IMG/VR virus record: IMGVR_UViG_3300020042_005997
Location: 1-33,477 of that record
Direction: 5' to 3' (one strand)
From: a virus
Taxonomy: Duplodnaviria > Caudoviricetes
Length of the DNA: 33,477 nucleotides
Part shown: one piece after another, positions 25,581 to 33,477 of the stretch
Layout: each line of letters begins with the position of its first letter
Position numbering within the stretch: the stretch's first letter is position 1
The notes under the pieces: generated by a model
The model's input: the letters and a program-made list of their open reading frames with translations, nothing else
Told to the model about the DNA's origin: nothing
Database searches by the model: none
Position numbers and translations under genes: made by a program

Positions 25581-25871
25581 ATGCCATTTGAAAAAGGAAA
25601 ATCGGGTAATCCAAACGGAAAACCACAAGGTGCTAAAGGTGTAAAAACTTTGCAATGGGAGGCACTCGGAGAATCAATTACCGGTCAACAAGCTGAGCAG
25701 TTCAATGCGTTCCTTGATAAGCTATGGGCGAGCCGTAACGATGAAGATAAAATGATTGCGTCAGAACTTTACCTGAAGACTTTGGAGTACTTCAAACCTA
25801 AGCAAGCGAGGAACACCATTGTCGGAGATACCGACGCACCAGTGCAAATAATCATATCTGACAAATTGTAA
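25581..25871 (+). CDS. Terminase small subunit (putative)
   Basis: MPFEKGKSGNPNGKPQG N-terminus (DUF5681-like), LEYFKPKQAR, C-terminal beta strand PVQIII. Confidence 0.7.
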   Translation: MPFEKGKSGNPNGKPQGAKGVKTLQWEALGESITGQQAEQFNAFLDKLWASRNDEDKMIASELYLKTLEYFKPKQARNTIVGDTDAPVQIIISDKL

Positions 25872-25888
25872 GCTAAATACTGAACAAA

Positions 25889-26122
25889 ATGAGAGCAATA
25901 ATAGAATTCGACCTTGATGAACCTACAGATATTGAGGCGCATAAGCGTTTTACCAATCTTAATGGGGTGTATATTGCCCTTTGGGATTTTGACCAATTGA
26001 TGAGGTCACAAATCAAGTACAACTCTGAGAACTATTCAGGTGAACAATTGGACGCATTGGATAAACTTCGGGATAAGTTCTATGAGATATTAAATGATAA
26101 TCAAATAAAGATAGATGGATAA
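25889..26122 (+). CDS. Hypothetical protein
   Basis: 77 aa, MRAIIEFDL...LWDFDQ.MRS..KY. Confidence 0.65.
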   Translation: MRAIIEFDLDEPTDIEAHKRFTNLNGVYIALWDFDQLMRSQIKYNSENYSGEQLDALDKLRDKFYEILNDNQIKIDG

Positions 26123-26291
26123 CGAACAAGCAAAAGAAACAGCCAAGCACACATACACTATGTGTATATTATTTGGAATGTGGTTGAAAGAACCAGCGCA
26201 ACGCAAGAGACTTTCCAAGTTGGATGCATCACAGCTATTTGATGAGTGGATTAATAAAGTATTGGAGGAGGTGAACAATGCAAAAGATTAA
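26115..26291 (+). CDS. Hypothetical protein, 58 aa (not in ORF track)
   Basis: MDNEQAKETAKHTYTMCILFGMWLKEPAQRKRLSKLDASQLFDEWINKVLEEVNNAKD; overlaps both neighbours. Confidence 0.6.
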   Translation: MDNEQAKETAKHTYTMCILFGMWLKEPAQRKRLSKLDASQLFDEWINKVLEEVNNAKD

Positions 26292-27023
26292 AGTATCACT
26301 TGACTATAATACCATAACGGTGAAACAATATGTTGACTTTCTGAATAATGAAGGCAATGATATAGGTCAAGTGTCCGCAATTATCGGACAGTCAAAAGAC
26401 TTCGTGAGGCAGCTTACTCCAGAAGATATGGAGAAAGTCATTAACGGATTTAGAGAGGTCATCACCAATCCAATGGCTAATCATCAGCACAAGTGGAATG
26501 GTTACGGATTCATTCCTGACATTAACAAAATCTCATTTGGTGAATGGCTTGACCTTGATACGAACTGCAAAGACTTTCCAAAGAACCTTCCAAAGCTATT
26601 GTCTATACTATACCGACCTATCACATCCGAGATTGGAACAAAGTACAAGATTGAACAATACACTGCGGATCATTTAGCCAATGCGAAAGACTTTGAGCAA
26701 ATGCCATTATCAATTGCCAATGGTGCGTTGCTTTTTTTTTCGACTATCGAAAGCGAATTGGTGACCACTTCCCTCTCGTTTTTAGAGCAGCAGATCCAGA
26801 CGAACTTGACGAAGGCGATGGAGACGATGGAGGAAGCGTTGCAACAAGCGAATTAGCGGAAAGATACGGATGGTTTCACGTCATTGAGGAATTATCGGAT
26901 AGGGATATCACCAAGTTTGATGCAATCACAGAGACGCAAGCGTCAACTATCTTTGCTCATCTATCATACCGGATAGATTATTACAACTTCCAAAAGCAAT
27001 TACTATCTAAAAACGACCATTAA
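26278..27023 (+). CDS. Tail assembly chaperone-like gene with -1 frameshift (short form ends 26856, long form 27023)
   Basis: T9 run at 26732-26740; the -1 frame stays open for 94 codons (FDYRKRIGDHFPLVF...YGWFHVIEELS...) and ends 15 nt before the next gene. Confidence 0.7.
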
Positions 27024-27038
27024 AGCTACTTAACTTAT

Positions 27039-27509
27039 ATGAGCGATTCATCACTATACACATACAACGTAGTCATTGGTAAGTTTGAGCAATTCTCAAA
27101 TAGCCACGCACTTCTTCGCAGGTTCACACACGGACAAATAAGTCAAGCTGACCTTGAAAAGGAGGGTGAGTGGCCGTGGATGCACGTTACACCAACATCA
27201 TTTAGCTTTGATTCAGGTGCGTTGACCTATTCCTTTGATGTCTACTTCGCAGATTTACCACGTGACAAAGAAGAAAAGACGGAGTATCAAAGGCAATCAA
27301 TGAGCGAGTGTATCCAGTTGGCAGGTGACTTTGTAGCAATGCTCGAAAATGGTAGCATCTTTGATGAGTCTGTGGTGTTAGGCAAACCGATAACTGCGCA
27401 GCCATTCATTGAGGAATTCAGTCACGTGTTAACTGGTGTACAATTGTCCATTGACATCACAGTTGACTACGAGTGGAATGCGTGTGATATACCATTTATC
27501 GGAGACTGA
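27039..27509 (+). CDS. Tail terminator/completion protein (putative)
   Basis: 156-aa acidic protein, WPWMHV..., beta-rich C-terminus, in the tail cluster. Confidence 0.55.
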   Translation: MSDSSLYTYNVVIGKFEQFSNSHALLRRFTHGQISQADLEKEGEWPWMHVTPTSFSFDSGALTYSFDVYFADLPRDKEEKTEYQRQSMSECIQLAGDFVAMLENGSIFDESVVLGKPITAQPFIEEFSHVLTGVQLSIDITVDYEWNACDIPFIGD

Positions 27510-28183
27510 TGAAAAAACTGCAATACACCACTAATGATCCATCTGCAAGTACTGACTATTTAGCGGCTGACAATACTTGGAAGACAATACCAGGCGGTGG
27601 CGGCGGTGGAATTACTTCATTGAATTCATTAACTGGTGCAACACAAACATTTGCGACTGGTAACGCAGGTACTGACTTTGCAATATCATCAGTAGGTACA
27701 TCTCACACCTTTAATTTACCAACTGCATCCGCTACAAATAGAGGTCTATTAAGTTCGACTGATTGGTCAACTTTCAATTCTAAAATTGCTGTATCAAAAT
27801 CATTTTTACTTGGCAATCACAACGGTGGGACGGTGGCCAGTGGAGTAACGAGTTATGGCGGTTTTGTCAAAAATGCGTTAACCACATTAGCCCAAGCATT
27901 TCAAGTAAGGACTGTAATGCCTGAAGCCTGCACGTTACGTAATTGGTCGGTGTATGTAGGGACACAACCTGCATCTGGCAGTCTTGTTTTCACTATGCGT
28001 TTGAACTTAGTTGATACTGCATATACGTTAACCATTGCCGCAGGTAGTGTGACTGGTGTTTATCAAAATACGGCAGGCTCATTAAGCGTTGCAGCGCAAG
28101 GAATATTGGAATACAAGATAGTAAATAACGCAGCTACCAGTAGTGGGACAATTGTAGCAGTATCAGTAACGGCAGAAATATGA
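27509..28183 (+). CDS. Short tail fibre/receptor-binding-like protein
   Basis: Poly-Gly hinge, Thr/Ser-rich shaft ([22 protein letters not shown]) and beta-sandwich-like C-terminus. Confidence 0.55.
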   Translation: MKKLQYTTNDPSASTDYLAADNTWKTIPGGGGGGITSLNSLTGATQTFATGNAGTDFAISSVGTSHTFNLPTASATNRGLLSSTDWSTFNSKIAVSKSFLLGNHNGGTVASGVTSYGGFVKNALTTLAQAFQVRTVMPEACTLRNWSVYVGTQPASGSLVFTMRLNLVDTAYTLTIAAGSVTGVYQNTAGSLSVAAQGILEYKIVNNAATSSGTIVAVSVTAEI

Positions 28184-28377
28184 GGTATACAATAAAAGAA
28201 AATGAAGGTGTGACAATGATTCACGTATTGGGATACAATATCTTTTTTGGATTCGATGGCAGTGATGATTACGCACCATTCCGGAACGCACTAATTGAGA
28301 AAGGTATTGATGCCTTTGTTGACCTTTTAATTGAAGATAGTAACACAGCATTTTTAACGTTCACAGATGGCTACTAA
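28180..28377 (+). CDS. Small hypothetical protein coupled to the fibre gene
   Basis: 65 aa, ATGA overlap. Confidence 0.55.
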   Translation: MRYTIKENEGVTMIHVLGYNIFFGFDGSDDYAPFRNALIEKGIDAFVDLLIEDSNTAFLTFTDGY

Positions 28378-28905
28378 TCCAATCAATGAATTGATGAAGG
28401 AGTTTGGCCAAGAGGTTGTCGAAAGGGCAATGCTCAATCTTGGTGTTTATCGAACTGTCAACGGAAAGAAGCGCAGGGCAGTAGCAACAGATAACTTACG
28501 CAAGTCATTAGCTTATCGTTATGACAATAAGTACAAGCGCATTGATTTCTTTGCGAAAGGTAGTGCGAGTGAATATGCCTACTATGTAGAGGAAGGAAGG
28601 AAAGCGGAAAGAGACCACCAACAGATAAGATATTGGAGTGGATGAAAATCAAACGCATTCAGCCACGCAATGAGAATGGCTCATTCAAAAAGTTTGCTAC
28701 ACCAAAGGCGAAAGAAAATGCAATGGAGGGAATTGCCTTTAATATTAGCAGGGCAATTGGTGCAAGAGGCATCAAACCACTATTCTATTTTAGAGATGCA
28801 GTCAATGAAACAGTAGTGGATTTTAATGAGAGATTTATGCAGGCATTGAAAGGCGAAATAACAATAGCAATTGAGGAAAATTTACAAGGTAAAATAAAAA
28901 TATAA
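28367..28905 (+). CDS. Neck/tail completion protein (HK97 gp10-like), split by an apparent 1-nt frameshift near 28605
   Basis: ATDNLRKSL...YAYYVEEGRK joins GKRPPTDKILEWMKIK...ISRAIGARGIKP.FYF in the -1 frame, giving one coherent protein. Confidence 0.65.
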
Positions 28906-30770
28906 TGGCATACAATACAGCAGTCAGGGGATTGTCAGCGCAGGGAGTAGATGAATTTACTGGAATGTGCTACTCAAATAACGATGTCTCATTCACAATG
29001 ACATCCTCAGAGTTCGCTAATAGTGGGTTCAAATATGTGGTGCGAATTGAAGATAATATCACTGGCAATGAATACAAATTTTATATTGCTCCCAATGCGG
29101 TGGGTAGTGGTGTGTTCAATGCCAAGACTATTTTCAATCAATTAGTAACGACTGGCGTAACTGTACCCAATAGTGACGATGTCATTCTTCAAATATCCGA
29201 TGCATTATTGATGAGTGATAATTTGGTTAATCAATTTACAGTGAAATTATACGAGGGTTATGATGTTGGTGGGGTATTTACAGAAGATGATTCAGTGCGC
29301 ATTGATTACGATTTGATGTGTGTATACGGAAAGGGCAAAAGTAACTTTTTGGTGATGGGTAGTAATGATACCAAACCAATCGCACTTAGCCAATGCTATG
29401 ATAACACCATAGGCTTTAATGCTGAGACCATTGCGTCACGCATCAATATCCCTGCAACATTGCAAGAGGAGGTAATCAATTGGCAACGCATTTCAAGGTC
29501 GAATGTTACAGGTGCTAAGGATAGTGCATACAAGATACTTAGTTGGATTGCGGATGATGGAACATTCATAAATGAAAATTATCCGTATACCACAATCGCC
29601 AATTTTAGATATGTACTATATGACAACGCATATAGCGAAATCATAACCTTTGATATTCCGATGGAATTCATTGAGGGTGGATTGATTCACATTCCTGCAG
29701 GTCTCAAGAATTTAGTGGATGGTTCATTCATAACGCAAGCACAAGCTGATGACACATCCTTTTGGACTATTGTCGGAATTGATGCAGCAGAAGATGAGGT
29801 CACTGCAAAGTACGGATTTTATATTGATGAGGACTGCAAACACAATCCAGTGCATTTGTATTGGCTTAATCAATTGGGTGGATGGGATAGCTACTCTTTC
29901 ATCAAGAAAAATGAAAGGTCTATTGATGTCGAAAAGAAACGATACAAGACTTATTTGGGCAACTATAATACGGCGGATGTTGATACTCCATTTGATACTA
30001 AAAATTATTCAAGGTCACTCAATGAGCGTGAACCCATCACAAAGACATTCATTAACTTAACAAGCGATTGGGTAACGGAATCGGAGTACAAATGGATGAG
30101 AGATTTGTTCTACTCAAAATCAGTGTGGATGGTGGATGATAACGTGGATGGGTATAACATCTTACCAGTAGTGGTTGAAGATACCAACTACTTGATGCGT
30201 CGTGAAAGGAATAGTCGCAAATATAACCAATCTTTGAGACTTCAATTGGCGAACGAATACGACACCATTAACATCACATCTTATGAATATCCACTACCTG
30301 ACCCTGACCCTTGCACAATTGTTGACTCAGTGGCGGTTGTTGCAGCAAATGGTATTACAAATGTTTCACCAGTTGCAAACGAATATCCAGTTGTCTTCCA
30401 AGCTACAAATTGGGGTATCAATGGAGGCACAAAATATATGCCTAAGATTTGGAACGTTAACGGACTTCCATCCGATCCGAATGGATTGGTAACAGGTCAA
30501 ACATACAGAGTTGAAATTACTTTAAGTGTTGCAATGAGTGGATCATTCTACTTTTCATTCGGTAGGTTATCCCCTCAGCCATCTTATAACGGATGGGATT
30601 GGACTTTAGACGGTAGCTTAACCACAACTCAAGTAAATAATTTAGTGTGGAATCCGTATAATCTAAGCGGTGGCACGGGTATCTATGGCATCATTAGTAA
30701 GGCAGGATTGACCTTCCCAGGTTACAACGGAACAATAACTATAAACATTTATTCAGGTAGCGGTTGCTAA
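28905..30770 (+). CDS. Tail structural protein (distal-tail-like), full-length allele 2
   Basis: 621-aa ORF; its C-terminal 484 aa align with ORF 21-1475. Confidence 0.7.
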   Translation: MAYNTAVRGLSAQGVDEFTGMCYSNNDVSFTMTSSEFANSGFKYVVRIEDNITGNEYKFYIAPNAVGSGVFNAKTIFNQLVTTGVTVPNSDDVILQISDALLMSDNLVNQFTVKLYEGYDVGGVFTEDDSVRIDYDLMCVYGKGKSNFLVMGSNDTKPIALSQCYDNTIGFNAETIASRINIPATLQEEVINWQRISRSNVTGAKDSAYKILSWIADDGTFINENYPYTTIANFRYVLYDNAYSEIITFDIPMEFIEGGLIHIPAGLKNLVDGSFITQAQADDTSFWTIVGIDAAEDEVTAKYGFYIDEDCKHNPVHLYWLNQLGGWDSYSFIKKNERSIDVEKKRYKTYLGNYNTADVDTPFDTKNYSRSLNEREPITKTFINLTSDWVTESEYKWMRDLFYSKSVWMVDDNVDGYNILPVVVEDTNYLMRRERNSRKYNQSLRLQLANEYDTINITSYEYPLPDPDPCTIVDSVAVVAANGITNVSPVANEYPVVFQATNWGINGGTKYMPKIWNVNGLPSDPNGLVTGQTYRVEITLSVAMSGSFYFSFGRLSPQPSYNGWDWTLDGSLTTTQVNNLVWNPYNLSGGTGIYGIISKAGLTFPGYNGTITINIYSGSGC

Positions 30771-33477
30771 ACTATGGAAACAGCACTAATTTTATATACG
30801 CAAGGTGACAATACACCTTACTTAGTTGACCTTTATGAGAATGAGAACATCTCTTTGAACTACTCATTTAATGACATCAAAGACCTCACACCACGCGGCA
30901 ACTATTCACGCACATTTCGCATTCCATTTACTGAGACCAATGCGAAGATTTTTGGATTTGTTCAAGAAAATACATTTCAATTCAGTGGGTTTAATCCAAA
31001 GCGCAAAATCAACGCATCCATCACAGTGGATACGATTCCAATTATTGAAGGTTATGTTCAATTTAAGGCGGCATATACAAGTAATGGTGAGGTGTCCGAT
31101 TTGGAGATTGTATTTTTTGGGAACGTAGTAGACTTTTTCAAAACAATTGGGGATGCAGACTTCAAAAATTACATTGGTGCTGAATTGCAAACGCAATACA
31201 ATGATGATTTTTACTATGCAAGCGTAGCAACTTACAACGCTACAAATGATATAAATTTTACGTTAGTAGATAGGGGGCAAAATTGGGTAGGTGAAATTGA
31301 TGAGGCAGGCACACGTTCAATTTATTCAACAGATACATCAATTGCCGCATCAGTTGGTGAACTTACACCAATGGTTTCAGCACGTTATATCTTTGACAAG
31401 ATTTTTGCGTTAAGTGGTTTTCAATTCAATGATACCGATAGTGCTACACTTGTTGAACAATTGGATACAATGTGGGTGCCGTGGTCGGGTGAAGCTGGTT
31501 ATGTGCAAAGTATAGGCAATCCCGAACAAGCAAAGTTTAAGTTGGCAGCAGGGATAGATGGACAAACGGTTACGGGTACGGATTTCAATGCAATAACTTT
31601 GAGCGATGGCTTAACCATTTACATTTGTGATTTGCCTGCAATGACTGAGGTGTACGATTTCGGCAATAATGTAACAAGCAACATTTATACTGCTCCATTC
31701 AGTGGTAGGTATCAAATCTATGGGAATATTTGTTGCGAAATTGACAGTGATATTCCCGATACTTTGAGGGTGGGTATCATAACCAATGACGGAACAAATG
31801 AACTTTTGCAAGCATATAGAAGGCCGATACCTTTTTACAACCCGGCTAATGCTAACAACTATTTGAACACTCCTTTACAAGCGAATGCATACACAAGTTG
31901 GACTCCAAACTATGGTGCTGACAATTATTTAATTCAAGGAACAACTGCAAGATTGGTGCTATATTCAGGAAGTGCAATAACAGGATACACCGGTACAATA
32001 ACTTTTAGAGATATAGATGCAAGCAAACAAAATGTTTTTACTACAAATGCCATAACTAAGCCATTTTGGGGCAATCCAATAGACTGGTCAGCTAATGCAC
32101 CAATAATGAAGTGCAATGAGTTCATCTCATCCATTTTCAAGATGTTCAATTTGGTAGTTATTGCTGACGATATTAACCCAAGATTGTTGTCATTTATACC
32201 CATTCAGGAATATTTAGCGCAGGGAAATACCAAAGATTGGTCAAATAAAATAGACCTTTCCAAAGACATCACACTCACATCAACTGCTGACTACCAATCA
32301 CAGCAAAATCTTTGGACTTACAAACAATCAACTGACTACATCAATAGTTTATACAACTCACAAGGCGACCGTGTTTATGGTAGGTTGTTATTGATTGATC
32401 CAGAAAACGACTTTGCAACCAAAGAACAAAAGACTGAATTGATGTTTAGTCCTACACCTTTGGCACTAATCAAAGGAACGGATTATCCTATACCTAAATT
32501 TATCAATAATACTGGTCAATATGTCAATGCAGGTGTTAAAGTGTTGTATAAGAGTAATACTCAAATGGTTGTTAATGTTATTGACGACACGCTGAACTCA
32601 ACAGATGCAACAACACTAACAATTTTTAGCCATTACACAACTGCTATTCCAACCATTGCTGATGAAGATTTGAACTTTGGTCAAGAAATTCCATTGCACC
32701 CAATTGGTTCAACTCCTTGGCAAACATTATACGCACGTTATTGGAATGATTATATAGCTGACATTTACGCACCTGACGCACGTATTATCGAAGCGTTTTT
32801 TGCTTTGGATTTTGCCGACATTTATCAGTTCAAATTCAATGATAAAATCTTTATTAAAGATTCATACTGGCGCATTCTTGAAATTAGCGACTATGTAGTA
32901 GGGATGCAAGATACCGTTAAAGTGAAACTCATTAAAGTAGTGAGTGCAACTCCCGACTGTTTGCTTCATCCAGGTGCTACAATCAATGTAGACGGTAGCG
33001 TTCCTTTCTTAGATAGCAATGATGATGCTGCAGCAGCAACCGAAGCGTGTTGTAATAAGTACGGATACTTTTGGGTGAATGATGATTGCTATGCTATCCT
33101 GCGAGATGGTAGAGGTTCAGGAGGAAAACAACCTTCTGTTTTAGATGATTATAGTAAACCTACATCGGATGTAAATAATACAAAAAATGGATTGATACAA
33201 GCCGACAATTCAATTGTAAAAGCTGGAAATGATAGTTCTATTGTAATCAGTGATACCAGTTATTTGGGATTAGAAAACAATGGCTCTTTTGTGAGTGGTG
33301 ATAGGAATTACATCAATGATAATTTGGGAAGTGTTACCGTTGTTGGTGATGCGGCAAAGACAATAAATAGAGAGGTGACCATTGGTAGCGGTGGAACGTA
33401 TGCTGGTGAATACCAAAGTGGTATGATTCAACTTTTGGGTAGTGGCGATGTCACCAATGATACCACACCAATAACAT
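29296..33477 (+). repeat. Diverged direct repeat, copy 2 (matches 1-4193)
   Basis: Colinear with the window start; net 12-nt in-frame length difference within the tail tip gene. Confidence 0.97.
30774..33477 (+). CDS. Large tail tip/hub protein, allele 2, truncated by the window end (not in ORF track)
   Basis: ATG GAA ACA GCA CTA at 30774; reads colinear with 1478-4193 and runs off the window edge. Confidence 0.85.
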   Translation, partial: METALILYTQGDNTPYLVDLYENENISLNYSFNDIKDLTPRGNYSRTFRIPFTETNAKIFGFVQENTFQFSGFNPKRKINASITVDTIPIIEGYVQFKAAYTSNGEVSDLEIVFFGNVVDFFKTIGDADFKNYIGAELQTQYNDDFYYASVATYNATNDINFTLVDRGQNWVGEIDEAGTRSIYSTDTSIAASVGELTPMVSARYIFDKIFALSGFQFNDTDSATLVEQLDTMWVPWSGEAGYVQSIGNPEQAKFKLAAGIDGQTVTGTDFNAITLSDGLTIYICDLPAMTEVYDFGNNVTSNIYTAPFSGRYQIYGNICCEIDSDIPDTLRVGIITNDGTNELLQAYRRPIPFYNPANANNYLNTPLQANAYTSWTPNYGADNYLIQGTTARLVLYSGSAITGYTGTITFRDIDASKQNVFTTNAITKPFWGNPIDWSANAPIMKCNEFISSIFKMFNLVVIADDINPRLLSFIPIQEYLAQGNTKDWSNKIDLSKDITLTSTADYQSQQNLWTYKQSTDYINSLYNSQGDRVYGRLLLIDPENDFATKEQKTELMFSPTPLALIKGTDYPIPKFINNTGQYVNAGVKVLYKSNTQMVVNVIDDTLNSTDATTLTIFSHYTTAIPTIADEDLNFGQEIPLHPIGSTPWQTLYARYWNDYIADIYAPDARIIEAFFALDFADIYQFKFNDKIFIKDSYWRILEISDYVVGMQDTVKVKLIKVVSATPDCLLHPGATINVDGSVPFLDSNDDAAAATEACCNKYGYFWVNDDCYAILRDGRGSGGKQPSVLDDYSKPTSDVNNTKNGLIQADNSIVKAGNDSSIVISDTSYLGLENNGSFVSGDRNYINDNLGSVTVVGDAAKTINREVTIGSGGTYAGEYQSGMIQLLGSGDVTNDTTPIT

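Noticed and set aside
30871-32203. Short ORFs listed in the track within the last 2.7 kb
   Set aside because: The region is occupied by the tail tip allele starting at 30774, which the track misses because it has no stop inside the window.
1-33477. Diversity-generating retroelement explaining the two tail alleles
   Set aside because: No reverse transcriptase ORF; the differences are not adenine-specific and span 4 kb, mostly at synonymous sites.

Overview
The window is essentially one complete ~29.3-kb tailed (siphovirus-like) phage genome plus ~4.2 kb of redundancy: 1-4193 recurs at 29296-33477 as a colinear but clearly diverged second allele. The host is most likely Bacteroidota, judged from TAnnTTTG -7 promoter boxes and A-rich translation starts lacking Shine-Dalgarno sequences. 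A rightward arm (22597 to the end, continuing 1-14708) carries a VRR-NUC nuclease, an ECF-like sigma factor, a structured non-coding region, a GIY-YIG nuclease, TerS, tail genes, tape measure, XkdF protease, scaffold, capsid, tail tube, portal and lysis genes. A leftward arm (22425-14677) carries early genes, SSB, an HTH regulator, a DnaA-domain-IV protein, replication proteins, a C5 methyltransferase and, unusually, TerL. I recognised no integrase, polymerase, reverse transcriptase or CRISPR array. Most interesting: (1) a ~350-nt promoter-driven, hairpin-dense candidate ncRNA at 24163-24530; (2) a dual-coded C5-MTase whose motif IX and LPTP repeats sit in a nested frame; (3) an A10 slippage site between the portal core and a MuF-like extension; (4) a -1 frameshift tail chaperone; (5) a GIY-YIG gene that seems to have captured the 5' end of terS; (6) non-identical terminal copies with a hypervariable tail domain. 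All protein calls come from motif recognition and gene context, not database searches.
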